A stretch of 64,000 bases of DNA from an uncultured Methanosarcinales archaeon (GCA_964589765.1 CAZPUM010000001.1:29118-93117); one strand, 5' to 3'. Numbered from the stretch's first letter, positions 27,282 to 37,145 are shown. Notes: generated by a model not told the origin, from the sequence alone. Numbers and translations: made by a program.

Positions 27282-28553
27282 CTATACTATCTCGAGCTTG
27301 AGCTCGGCCACATCCAGGCGGTCAACGTGCGGCGCAATCTGAATAGTGTTCGGGCCAGGATTTATTATTCCTGGGTCAATGACCGCCTGCCATACATAAT
27401 CCTGCGTGCTGAAACTCTGAACAAATCCGTTCACCACAACCTCGCCTGATTTTACATTTCGATAATCTGTGAACGTCATGGTAAGAACCAATTGACCATA
27501 GCCAAGGTCGATTCCCTCATACATTTCCATTGGCAGATTGAAGTAATACACAGGGTAATCAGACTGTCGCATCTCTAAGGTCAACTTGATGTTGTCAACG
27601 ACATACTGTCCTCCCTGGACAGCAGCCATGAAAAGTCTGTTTTCTCCAACCCTCAGATACTCTTTTGGAACATCTGTCTTGAACCGGACTCCACAGTCCA
27701 CAAGACCTGTGTAGAGTATGTTTGGTACTGTGAATGTGTTATTGTCAGAATCCCTGACAAGCCTGTCGTTTAAATGAACGACCAACCTGCCTGCGTTGCT
27801 CGGGTCACAGTCAGGAATAAATTCAAGCTGAGCTGCTCTGAAAGCACCTATCTCTTCCTCAGAAACACTGAAAGTTTGTTCACTCACACTTCCTGACTGG
27901 TCAATAACGTCCGCACTTATCTGAATGTTTCTTAGCTTATACGCATTTGGTTGCCAGAATGCAAGACCTGTATCGTCTGTCTGGAGAGTTATAACATTCT
28001 CTCCTTCAACAAAGTAGTCTGTTGGCAACTGAATTGGTGGCGGGCTTGGTTCTCTAATGGGCCTTTCGTAAATCTGGTTTCCATTGATAAGAATCCTTAA
28101 AGGTCCTGAACCCGCCTCTTCTAAACTGAAGCTCAAAAGATAGTTTCCACTCCCCTCTTTTCCCGGAGTGAATGGTATCGACATGTCTTTCTTTGCAAAA
28201 ATACCATTCTTTACAATTCCTGAGTCTATAGATTTCACAACCTGTGTGTTGATTCTTGTGAATATTGTTGAAGTAGGAATATTATGTTCTTGTATCGGAC
28301 TCCTCAGAAATCTCAGAGTCCCCGGGGTCTCTGTAAGTACCAAAACTGGGCCATACTGCGTGAAGCTTCCGCCTCCTGAACCACCTCCCGACCAGGACTG
28401 GCCACCAAACCCCCCATCACCACCAAAAAGCAACTGGTCACGTTCGGCAGGAGGAAGGAATAAGATATAGAGCAGAAGGAAACCTGCTATGATTGCAATC
28501 AAGACAGCTGAGCCCGAAGCAGTCTGTCCCCGTCGAGAGCCTCCACCTAACAT
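27282..28553 (-). CDS. Signal-anchored (single N-terminal TM) surface protein with a Gly-rich linker and repeated beta-rich segments.
   Basis: N-terminal TM AVLIAIIAGFLLLYILFL; GGDGGFGGQSWSGGGSGGGS linker; three xVxxNGxx-type repeats. Confidence 0.5.
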   Translation of the reverse strand: MLGGGSRRGQTASGSAVLIAIIAGFLLLYILFLPPAERDQLLFGGDGGFGGQSWSGGGSGGGSFTQYGPVLVLTETPGTLRFLRSPIQEHNIPTSTIFTRINTQVVKSIDSGIVKNGIFAKKDMSIPFTPGKEGSGNYLLSFSLEEAGSGPLRILINGNQIYERPIREPSPPPIQLPTDYFVEGENVITLQTDDTGLAFWQPNAYKLRNIQISADVIDQSGSVSEQTFSVSEEEIGAFRAAQLEFIPDCDPSNAGRLVVHLNDRLVRDSDNNTFTVPNILYTGLVDCGVRFKTDVPKEYLRVGENRLFMAAVQGGQYVVDNIKLTLEMRQSDYPVYYFNLPMEMYEGIDLGYGQLVLTMTFTDYRNVKSGEVVVNGFVQSFSTQDYVWQAVIDPGIINPGPNTIQIAPHVDRLDVAELKLEIV

Positions 28554-28609
28554 ATTTAAAACCCCGACGAAACAGCATATATAAAAGTTTCCGTTGTTTT
28601 CCTCGAGAG

Positions 28610-29632
28610 ATGCGAATCACCCATAAGGACCTAAAACAGGGAACCATTGCGGTTCAAACACAAACTCCCGACGATTTATGGTATTTGACTACCATAGTTA
28701 ACGAGGGAGATATAGTGCTGGGTAGCTCTGAGTACAAATTCAAACTAGGCGGTTCAGATGCCAAGCAGAAGATTGTGAAAAAAAAGGTCACAGTTGAGCT
28801 GGAAGTGGAGAAAGTCGAACTTTCAGGAAATATAACTCGGATTTCAGGAGTTGTGACAGGAGGTTCAGAGGATGTTCCCAGGGGAAGCCACCACGGAATT
28901 GACATTGAGGAAGGTTCCAGAATAACAATCAAAAAGGAAAGATGGCTGGATTTCCAGCTCGAAAAACTAAAAGAGGCCTGTAACTCTGGCGGTTCTGGTA
29001 CAGTACTCTGTCTTTTTGACAGAGAGTTTGCCAGAATTCTCAGACTAAAGCCTAACGGGGTGGATGTTTTATCGGAGATAAAGGGCGATGTTCCCAAGAA
29101 AGGTGTTGATGAAGAGAAACAACACAGGTTTTACAAGGAGATAGCAGAAAGACTTGAAACAGTTGAGGCCCAGCAAATTCTTGCTGCCAGTCCGGCTTTC
29201 TGGAAACAGTACTTAGAGAAAGAACTTTCCGCTGAGACGAAGAATAAGACCATATTCACTTCAGTCAGCGGAACAGATGATACTGCTGTAAAAGAATTGT
29301 TGAAATCAAAAGAGTTACAGCAGGTTCTACAAAACGAACGTTCTGCCCGTGAAGAGAACATGCTCGAAGATGTTATGTCCGCCTTGGGAAAAGACATGCT
29401 CGTTTACGGCAAGGACGATGTCAAGGCGGTTCTATCAGAGGGTAACTGTCTCGCGCTTTATGTTTCTGAGAATGAGATTGTGAAAGCGCGAGCCGAGAAC
29501 AGGTATCCCTCTCTTGAGGCTATCATGAAAACCGCAGGCGACCTCGATGCAAAGGTCCGTCTGTTCTCAACACGGGAACCTATGGTTAAGATTGACGGGC
29601 TTGGCGGAGTTGTGGTGGTCAAGAGATGGTGA
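28610..29632 (+). CDS. pelA: Pelota (Dom34) ribosome-rescue factor.
   Basis: N-terminus MRITHKDLKQGTIAVQTQTPDDLWYL matches the Pelota signature; eRF1-like three-domain length about 340 aa. Internal ATG chosen 28 nt after a TATA (atatataaaag). Confidence 0.8.
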   Translation: MRITHKDLKQGTIAVQTQTPDDLWYLTTIVNEGDIVLGSSEYKFKLGGSDAKQKIVKKKVTVELEVEKVELSGNITRISGVVTGGSEDVPRGSHHGIDIEEGSRITIKKERWLDFQLEKLKEACNSGGSGTVLCLFDREFARILRLKPNGVDVLSEIKGDVPKKGVDEEKQHRFYKEIAERLETVEAQQILAASPAFWKQYLEKELSAETKNKTIFTSVSGTDDTAVKELLKSKELQQVLQNERSAREENMLEDVMSALGKDMLVYGKDDVKAVLSEGNCLALYVSENEIVKARAENRYPSLEAIMKTAGDLDAKVRLFSTREPMVKIDGLGGVVVVKRW

Positions 29633-30225
29633 TTCCGGTATTCACTGTATCAGTTCCTGAATACCAAGTTAGAAAATATGATTCAGATGGCCGAGTATTT
29701 GAAGTTCCTAATTACGGTATTGAAATACCTGAGATTTATGAGGATAACAAGCCCAACTTTGAGAAATATGGTAGAATTATTGATGGTTGTCTGAAAGAAC
29801 ATTTTCTAGGAAAAAAAGTAGCCATACGGGTTCTTGGCTCTTGTGAACACCCTAATAGAACCCAAGATGAATTGATTGAAATCATCAAAGAGATAGGACA
29901 CGATAGATATGATGCTGACCGTACAGGAGATCGATATGAAAACATTGAGAACAAAGAAATTGAAATTTTCGCCATGCCACCATATGTGGTAAAAGAAAAT
30001 GAAGAATATTTCAAAAATTTCCTAATCCCTTTTTACTATTGGCCCATCAAACAAAGAGGATATCCTGTAAGGGTTGATATTGCCATAATCTACAACCCCG
30101 CCCTGCTTATCGAAGTCCCTCACATATACAAAGGAAGGGAAAACGAACTAAAGAAAGATGGATTTGTGTTTAAAGACCCAAAAAACAAATCAAACGCCAT
30201 TATAGGCATAATAAAAATTGAATAA
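29626..30225 (+). CDS. Hypothetical protein co-operonic with pelota.
   Basis: A 199-aa ORF with a 7-bp overlap onto pelota and an 8-bp overlap onto the downstream methyltransferase. Confidence 0.4.
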   Translation: MVIPVFTVSVPEYQVRKYDSDGRVFEVPNYGIEIPEIYEDNKPNFEKYGRIIDGCLKEHFLGKKVAIRVLGSCEHPNRTQDELIEIIKEIGHDRYDADRTGDRYENIENKEIEIFAMPPYVVKENEEYFKNFLIPFYYWPIKQRGYPVRVDIAIIYNPALLIEVPHIYKGRENELKKDGFVFKDPKNKSNAIIGIIKIE

Positions 30226-31063
30226 AATGGTAACTATCAACGAAGTCGTTTCCGCAATCAAGTCGAAAAAGGAACTATCAACTCTCGACGATAATTTCGT
30301 CCGGAAAAAGGTGGAGAAAATCCTTGATGGTAACGCAAAAATCGTTCGCAAAATGGAATCCTCGAAAGATTTCGAACAGTTTTCACGTTCGCAAGAGTTC
30401 AAAGGTATGATGAAGCATGTTCGTAAAGAGTTGCGAACTGTTTATGGTGTGTTCCAGGAGGGAGACAGGAATGAGCTTCTGAAAAAACTGACCGTTGATA
30501 ATATTGAGGTCGTTTCAGAAATTCTGGAAACCCACACAAGCACACGGGAAAGAATTCCTTATTATGACCAAATCTACAAGGAACTTTCAGATAGAATTCC
30601 TAAGCCAAAGAAAATTATCGATTTGGGTTGTGGTTTAAACCCTTTGAGCCACGTTTTCATGCGCAAACATGGCTGGAATCCTGAATGGTTCGCTTCCGAC
30701 ATAAGCCAGACAGACATGGAGTTCCTTTCTGAGTGTTTCTCAGTTCTTAACATAACTGGAACCGTGATGGCTTTAGACTTAACCAAGGATTATGATAAAC
30801 TTGCTAACCTGGAAGGGAATATCACTTTTGTTCTCAAACTTTTGGACTCGTTGGAAGAGACTGAAAGACACATATCTTACAAAATATTTGAGAATATCAA
30901 AACCAAGTGGATTGTTGTCAGTTTTCCAACTAAATCTCTTGGCGGAAATAAAAACATCTCAACCCGTGGCAGATTATGGTTTGAACGCTTGCTGAACAGG
31001 TTTGAACTCAAGCACGATACATTCCAAGTTGAGAATGAGCTGTTTTATGTTATTGAGAGGTAA
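30218..31063 (+). CDS. Class I SAM methyltransferase resembling the FmrO/ArmA/Rmt 16S rRNA (G1405-N7) methyltransferases.
   Basis: H-x-ST-x-ER motif (ETHTSTRER) ahead of the Rossmann SAM motif IIDLGCGLNPLS; about 280 aa, as in ArmA/RmtB. Confidence 0.5.
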   Translation: MNKMVTINEVVSAIKSKKELSTLDDNFVRKKVEKILDGNAKIVRKMESSKDFEQFSRSQEFKGMMKHVRKELRTVYGVFQEGDRNELLKKLTVDNIEVVSEILETHTSTRERIPYYDQIYKELSDRIPKPKKIIDLGCGLNPLSHVFMRKHGWNPEWFASDISQTDMEFLSECFSVLNITGTVMALDLTKDYDKLANLEGNITFVLKLLDSLEETERHISYKIFENIKTKWIVVSFPTKSLGGNKNISTRGRLWFERLLNRFELKHDTFQVENELFYVIER

Positions 31064-31176
31064 CGGACCTCATCCTTCAGTCATTGTTTCGGACTCATAC
31101 CGTCATTTTCGCTTCGCTCAATGTCACGAGTCCTCAGAAGCGATTAAGAATGAGAAAAAAATAAAGAAATTAGGCC

Positions 31177-32013
31177 TTATTTGACCTTTACCTTTTTCAT
31201 GTCCTTCCAAGCCAGGTCAAACAACTGGTCCAAAGCACTTGCGAAGAAAGGCGTGTTAATCCAAATGCCAACGTCGTAAGTCGGGTGTACTTCTGCGTCA
31301 TCCATAACCATGAAGACAACTTCCTTACCATCAACAACACAGAAGCGCGCGTTTACTTTTGCATCGCGTACTTCCACAATTCCTTCTAACTCCTTAGCGG
31401 CGGTCTGAAGGTCTTTGCTCATCGGAGCGGCAAGACGAATCTTTACTCCGCGCGCTGCAATCTCCTCAAACACAGGCCTCAATCCCTCAATCTTCCTTAG
31501 AAGACCGCTTGTTGTTGATACAAGTGTCACAGAAGACTCGGCACCTCGAATTGTTAGTTCGATGTGGTTGTACAGATTGTGTCTGCCACGAAGACTTCCT
31601 GAAAGGTCCGTTGGCTCAACAAGCTCAATCCCCTGCTTGTGCAGGTTCTTAAGCTCGCCAATCACATCCGTTTCCTTGAGTTTCTCAAGCCTTACAACAG
31701 ATTCATCTGCCTCTTTCTTGACATTTTTCTTTACACGTTCAACTACTTCATGTGGATCCACAGCGATATACTTGATTGGCTTACCAATCTTCATCACTAT
31801 GAATCCTTTCTTCTCGAGTGACTCGAGAACGTCGTAGCTACGGCTTCTTGGAACATTTGCGATATCAGAAAGCTCACCTGCTGTGGAAACTCCACGGCTC
31901 AGCAGAGCTGTCCATATCTTGACTTCGTACAAATTCAGTCCAAAGTACCTTCTTAGCCTCGACAGAAAGTCATCACGCACTATCATTCTTCTACCCCCTA
32001 TTCGGGTTCTCAC
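31177..32013 (-). CDS. trmB: TrmB-family transcriptional regulator.
   Basis: N-terminal TrmB wHTH (LNLYEVKIWTALLSRGVSTAGELSD...SRSYDVLESLEKKGF) plus a C-terminal effector domain. Confidence 0.75.
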   Translation of the reverse strand: MRTRIGGRRMIVRDDFLSRLRRYFGLNLYEVKIWTALLSRGVSTAGELSDIANVPRSRSYDVLESLEKKGFIVMKIGKPIKYIAVDPHEVVERVKKNVKKEADESVVRLEKLKETDVIGELKNLHKQGIELVEPTDLSGSLRGRHNLYNHIELTIRGAESSVTLVSTTSGLLRKIEGLRPVFEEIAARGVKIRLAAPMSKDLQTAAKELEGIVEVRDAKVNARFCVVDGKEVVFMVMDDAEVHPTYDVGIWINTPFFASALDQLFDLAWKDMKKVKVK

Positions 32014-32167
32014 CCCTTTTTAGAAATAACATTCGGATAACTACTTTAAATAAGTTACTCAGAGTTATCTAAAAACACAGTTAAGTACCGACATAACTCC
32101 TCAGTGTTCAACACTGACTGTCAGTGTCTCGCAAGTATTAAAAACCCCGTCTGAACTCAAAATAAGC

Positions 32168-33709
32168 ATGGGGGATGAGGGTATTGCGGGCCTTTTGTCA
32201 AGATTACATCCATTAGAGGTAAAACTTCTTCCGCATCTAAAAGAAACAACGCTTAGCGAAATAGCAACATCTGCCAAAATGCAGGAAGTAGAAGCTATGC
32301 GGGCATGTCAGTGGCTAGAAAACAAAAAAGCAATCAATATGGATGTTCTTTCGGTTCATGAACTAACCCTTGGTAACAATGGAGAGAAAGCTCTCAAACA
32401 AGGAATGCCTGAGGAGATATTCCTAAAATCACTATCCAAGCCTCTAACATCTACAGAGATAGCCAAGAAAACAGGTCTTGACAGGCACGAGGTTGGTGCT
32501 TCTATTGGCGTCCTGAAGAATAATGGATTTATCGATATGAATAATAAAAAAATTTCAATTACGCCAAAAGGAAAAAAATTCAGTGCAAAGCCAACTCTGG
32601 ATTTGCTAAAAAAAGTAAAGAAAGGTGTTATTCTTGAAACTCTTTCCGATAAAGAACAAGAGATTGCTAAAGAGTTAAGGAAACGAAAAGACTACCTTGT
32701 TCAGAAAGAAAGACGGGACCGCAAAATAACTCTAACTGAAACAGGTAAAAAACTTGTTAAGATTGATACTAAAACAATAAAATTTCAAGAAAAACTCTCA
32801 AAAGAGGACCTCGAAACAGGTGCTTGGAAGAAAAAACAGTACCGCGCTTACGATGTATCTGCAAGAGTTCCGGGAATACCCGCGGGGAAAGTTCATTTTG
32901 TTCAGGAAGCTATTGATTACATTAGAAAAATCTGGGTGGAAATGGGATTCACAGAGATGACTGGTAACATGGTCCAGACAGCGTTCTGGGACCTTGACGC
33001 GTTGTTCATGCCACAAGACCACCCTGCGAGAGAAACCCAAGACACATTCTACCTTGAACATCCTGAAAAGTCATCTGTTGATAAAGAGGTTTACGAAAGA
33101 GTCAGGGATGTTCACGAATTCGGTGGAAACACCGGAAGTAAGGGTTGGGAGTACAAGTTTGACAGGAAGGAGTCAGAACAACTCATGCTACGCACACACA
33201 CCACCGTTCTTTCTGCACAGACTCTCTGGGCCATCAGAAACGGTGAAGCTAAACTGCCTGGCAAATATTTCACAGTAGGAAAGGTTTTCCGCAATGAAAA
33301 ACTTGACTGGAAGCACCTGTTTGAGTTCCACCAAGTGGAAGGCATTGTTGTTGACAAAAATGTAACATTCGCACAGCTAATCGGGTATCTGAAAATATTT
33401 TTCCGTAAAATGGGCTACCCCGATGTGAGAGTCAGGCCTCATTACTTTCCTTACACAGAACCTAGTGTGGAAGTTGATGTCTGGCACCCCAAGAAAAAAC
33501 AGTGGATTGAGCTCGGTGGCGCGGGGGTATTCCGTCCAGAGGTTTCGAAAACACTGATAGGTGAAGAGGTGCCCGTTCTTGCTTGGGGGATCGGTATGGA
33601 AAGAATAATCGTTGATTATTTCCAGCTCCAGGACTTAAGAGACCTTTACCGCAATGACATCAAACAGCTTCAGGGAATGAAGAGATTCATCAAGGTGACA
33701 AATGGTTAG
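32168..33709 (+). CDS. pheS: Phenylalanine--tRNA ligase alpha subunit (archaeal type).
   Basis: Class II aaRS motifs 2 and 3 (FEFHQVEG; GAGVFRPEV); archaeal N-terminal extension. Confidence 0.9.
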   Translation: MGDEGIAGLLSRLHPLEVKLLPHLKETTLSEIATSAKMQEVEAMRACQWLENKKAINMDVLSVHELTLGNNGEKALKQGMPEEIFLKSLSKPLTSTEIAKKTGLDRHEVGASIGVLKNNGFIDMNNKKISITPKGKKFSAKPTLDLLKKVKKGVILETLSDKEQEIAKELRKRKDYLVQKERRDRKITLTETGKKLVKIDTKTIKFQEKLSKEDLETGAWKKKQYRAYDVSARVPGIPAGKVHFVQEAIDYIRKIWVEMGFTEMTGNMVQTAFWDLDALFMPQDHPARETQDTFYLEHPEKSSVDKEVYERVRDVHEFGGNTGSKGWEYKFDRKESEQLMLRTHTTVLSAQTLWAIRNGEAKLPGKYFTVGKVFRNEKLDWKHLFEFHQVEGIVVDKNVTFAQLIGYLKIFFRKMGYPDVRVRPHYFPYTEPSVEVDVWHPKKKQWIELGGAGVFRPEVSKTLIGEEVPVLAWGIGMERIIVDYFQLQDLRDLYRNDIKQLQGMKRFIKVTNG

Positions 33710-35354
33710 CCTCACAATCAACAAGGAGAAACTGTTCAAGGAGCTGGGCCAGAAAGAGTCTGAAAAAATCATCAACAAGATTGTGATGATGGGTGTGGAG
33801 ATTGATGAAGTAACAGAAGATGCTTTGCTTTTAGATATCACACCCAACAGACCTGACTTGTTAAGTCAGCAGGGATTCACAAGAGCGCTGAAAGCTTTCC
33901 TTGGAATTTCTCATAGTCTCCAAGAGTACCACACAACAAGAAGCAGACTCAAAGTTAAAGTCGACAGTTCGTGCCAGAGAATCCGACCTTACACTGCAGC
34001 AGCAGTTGTGAAAGGACTCAAACTTGACGATGCGACCCTGAAAGAAATTATCGAGATTCAGGAAAAACTACACGGAACTTTTTGTAGGAACAGAAAAAAG
34101 GCTGCTATTGGTGTTTACCCTATGGAATCGATTAATGGAAATATCACGTTCAAGGCGTTGCCTCCTGAAAAAATCAATTTCCGCGCTCTCGAATCAGAAA
34201 AAGAGATGCACGCAAAAGATATTCTTGAAAAGCACCCTAAGGGTAAAGAGTTTGCGCACCTTCTAAAGGGCCTGCCCATGTACCCTGTCTTTGTTGATAG
34301 TAAGAATAATGTTTTGAGCATGCCTCCTGTTATCAACAGCCACAGAACCGGAAAAGTAGATATCAAGACAAAAGAGGTTTTTATAGAGGCATCAGGGCAC
34401 GATTTCAAAACCTGCCATGAGATTATAAAAATCATATGTAGCGCCATGGCAGACATGGGAGGGAAGATTCAGACTGTCGATGTTATCTACGGCAAGAAAA
34501 TAATTTCAACTCCCAACATGACCCCCTCAAGACAACAGTTTTACAGGTACTATGTCAACAGGAGGCTTGGCACTAATCTGAAAAAAGAACAGCTCCCCGA
34601 CCTTTTGGGGAAGATGGGTCTGGGCTTTGAAGATGGAAGAATAAAAGAGACGCATTACGCAATCATTCCTCCTTACAGAGTGGATTTCTTACATCAAATA
34701 GATGTTGTTGAGGATTTGGCAATAGCGTATGGTTATGAAAACATCGAGGCAAAACTGCCAGAGCTTGACACAACTGCAAACGAATCACCACAAACAGTAT
34801 TTGCCGACAAGGTTCGTCAATCATTAGCTAGCACCTGTCTTCTTGAGGCAAAGAACTACCAACTTATCTCAAAAAAGCTTCAGAAAAATCTGAATGAGAA
34901 TGAAGAGATGGTTACTCTGAAGAGTTCTGTAAGCGAAGAGTTTGATTCAATGCGAACCAGCCTACTTATCTCTTTACTGCAAACATTGCAGCGTAACCGC
35001 CTCCATGAATATCCACAACAAATGTTTGAAATCGGCAAAGTCTTCATACCAAATCAAGACCTGGTCGCCGAGCCATTAAGGCTCGGAGTTGTCCTGGCGG
35101 GAGATGTTGACTACACAAAAATCCGCCAGGTTGTTGATTCACTCCTATTACAGCTTGGCCTTGAGGGCAAGTATGATTCCTTTGAAGACAACAAGTATTT
35201 CTCAGGGAGAACTGCCAAGCTGAGCGTTGATGGCCACGATGTTGGTGTTGTTGGCGAAGTCTCGCCAAGAAGTCTCGAACTCTTCGAGCTTAATGTTCCC
35301 GTGGCCGCTTGTGAGCTCCGCCTCGACGTTTTGATGATGCTTGTGATTGGTTAG
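33702..35354 (+). CDS. pheT: Phenylalanine--tRNA ligase beta subunit (archaeal type).
   Basis: B3/B4 and B5 domains; 550 aa; 8-bp overlap with pheS. Confidence 0.9.
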   Translation: MVSLTINKEKLFKELGQKESEKIINKIVMMGVEIDEVTEDALLLDITPNRPDLLSQQGFTRALKAFLGISHSLQEYHTTRSRLKVKVDSSCQRIRPYTAAAVVKGLKLDDATLKEIIEIQEKLHGTFCRNRKKAAIGVYPMESINGNITFKALPPEKINFRALESEKEMHAKDILEKHPKGKEFAHLLKGLPMYPVFVDSKNNVLSMPPVINSHRTGKVDIKTKEVFIEASGHDFKTCHEIIKIICSAMADMGGKIQTVDVIYGKKIISTPNMTPSRQQFYRYYVNRRLGTNLKKEQLPDLLGKMGLGFEDGRIKETHYAIIPPYRVDFLHQIDVVEDLAIAYGYENIEAKLPELDTTANESPQTVFADKVRQSLASTCLLEAKNYQLISKKLQKNLNENEEMVTLKSSVSEEFDSMRTSLLISLLQTLQRNRLHEYPQQMFEIGKVFIPNQDLVAEPLRLGVVLAGDVDYTKIRQVVDSLLLQLGLEGKYDSFEDNKYFSGRTAKLSVDGHDVGVVGEVSPRSLELFELNVPVAACELRLDVLMMLVIG

Positions 35355-36177
35355 ATTTCTCAAGTATGTATGTGTATGAATGGAATATAAACAGGGATAT
35401 GAATACCAGGAACAGTATCTGAACCAGCTGAATCAGTATCTGTACCGCAACACCAAAAGTGGCGAGACTTGTTGGTATTATTGCTTCTGCGTATGGCCTG
35501 AATAGTTCAGCCATTCCAATACCAACCATAAACTCGATTAAGGTATAAACAACTAAAATAACTGTTGAAATCAAAAGCAGACCAATCATTTTTTTCACAT
35601 TTCTGTTTGCCAACCGGGCCGATTGAATTATTGCGCCCCTGACCGTTTCGTCTTCAAACACTATAACTTCAACAACCCAGAACAACCAATAGAAATTCAC
35701 TAGAAGAAATAAAAGAACAGCAATGACCACAAGAGATAGAAGTACCCAAGGATGAACTTTTGAAACGGTGTCCACTATTGTAAGCTGTGCGAAAACGTAT
35801 ACGGGCCCAAACAACAATAGAGGGATTACAAAATACTTCAGCATGTAGACCAAAACGCAACGGCCCCAGTATCTTCTGACACCTGGGAAAAACTCACGGA
35901 TGGTTGTTGAGCCATCCTTTATCACGTTCTTTACCATGAAATAGAAACCTGCTGCAAAAACCCCTACAACAAGAGGAATTGCAACACTGAAAGTAAACAG
36001 AAGTAGTAACACTATTCCTGTATTGATGACTCCCATCTTAGCTATCTCAAAAGACAAAAGTTCTATCATCAACCCTATAAGAAATAGCAAAATTAGCTGA
36101 GCAACTCCTACCGCAATGAGCGAGGGGTTCTGAAAAGTCTCTTTGAAAGATAATGATAACCGTTTAATGTGTGTCAT
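35290..36177 (-). CDS. Multi-pass membrane protein of unknown function.
   Basis: Six to seven predicted TM helices and a basic C-terminal tail. Confidence 0.45.
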   Translation of the reverse strand: MTHIKRLSLSFKETFQNPSLIAVGVAQLILLFLIGLMIELLSFEIAKMGVINTGIVLLLLFTFSVAIPLVVGVFAAGFYFMVKNVIKDGSTTIREFFPGVRRYWGRCVLVYMLKYFVIPLLLFGPVYVFAQLTIVDTVSKVHPWVLLSLVVIAVLLFLLVNFYWLFWVVEVIVFEDETVRGAIIQSARLANRNVKKMIGLLLISTVILVVYTLIEFMVGIGMAELFRPYAEAIIPTSLATFGVAVQILIQLVQILFLVFISLFIFHSYTYILEKSNQSQASSKRRGGAHKRPREH

Positions 36178-36258
36178 AATAGGGCGGATAAGTTAGAAGT
36201 TAAAAATATTGGTAATACCACAAAATATAAATAAATATAACAATTATATAAAATTATA

Positions 36259-36483
36259 ATGAATACCACTATAGCCATATCAAAGGAAACGAGAAATATT
36301 CTAAAGGAATTCGGAAAAAAATCGGAAAACTACGACGAAATCATTAGAAGAATGCACAACACAATAATGATGCAGATGGAACTCGGAAAATTTGTAGACG
36401 AAAACGAATACTCAAGCATTGAGGAAGCTAAAAACTGGACCAAACTCAGGATTGCAAATGATAAAAATCGTAGTTCTCAATGA
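36259..36483 (+). CDS. Possible antitoxin-like small protein.
   Basis: A 74-aa ORF immediately upstream of, and overlapping, a RelE/ParE-like ORF. Confidence 0.25.
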   Translation: MNTTIAISKETRNILKEFGKKSENYDEIIRRMHNTIMMQMELGKFVDENEYSSIEEAKNWTKLRIANDKNRSSQ

Positions 36484-36781
36484 ACTCAGAAATGAAATCT
36501 ATAAGACCTTCAAAAAGGACTCTCTGAAAGTATATACCCTAATAGAATCTCTGAAAGACAACCCTCAAAAGGTTGTTGGTTTAGTTGGTTCGATACTGAT
36601 TAAAGAATTGAAGTATGGGAGTTTCAGATTCTACTTCATAATAGATGGCCACAGACTGTATCTATTTACTAAAGGACAGATCAGGGACATTCTACTAAGA
36701 TTCATAAAAATGTCTAAAAAGAACAATCAGAAAAAAACGATAGAAGAGATAAAAAATATACTAAAGAGAATCACTCACTAG
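36458..36781 (+). CDS. RelE/ParE-fold toxin-like protein.
   Basis: About 107 aa with a beta-rich core (GSFRFYFIIDGHRLYLFTKGQ) resembling RelE/ParE. Overlaps the upstream small ORF. Confidence 0.35.
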   Translation: MIKIVVLNELRNEIYKTFKKDSLKVYTLIESLKDNPQKVVGLVGSILIKELKYGSFRFYFIIDGHRLYLFTKGQIRDILLRFIKMSKKNNQKKTIEEIKNILKRITH

Positions 36782-37145
36782 TCTTCGGAGACTCATTTTT
36801 CTCCTCTGGTTTTTCTGGAATTACCTTCTTGGTAGATTTTTTAGCAGGCGCCTTCTTCACGGGCTCGGGCTTCATAGCAACCCTTTTTCTAGGACGCTCA
36901 GCAGACTTCTTTGGCTTGCTCTTTCTGGGTTCAATACCAAGGGCCTTCATAACAGAATCGTGGCTGTCCCCCTTCTTTACTTTGACAACCTCACCAGTCG
37001 GCTCTATGTGCTTCATGTTCACCTTTCGCCTTCTCGTTTCTCCTTCAACCAGAACCATGTGTTCTTCCAGTTCTTCAACAATAACGCACTTTTTTCCTGC
37101 GTCTCGTCCTGCTATTTTCAGACATACTGCTCCAATCTTGAACAT
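36771..37145 (-). CDS. rpl14e: Ribosomal protein eL14 (L14e) with a K-rich C-terminal tail.
   Basis: KOW-like N-terminus (CLKIAGRDAGKKCVIVE). Confidence 0.8.
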   Translation of the reverse strand: MFKIGAVCLKIAGRDAGKKCVIVEELEEHMVLVEGETRRRKVNMKHIEPTGEVVKVKKGDSHDSVMKALGIEPRKSKPKKSAERPRKRVAMKPEPVKKAPAKKSTKKVIPEKPEEKNESPKTSE

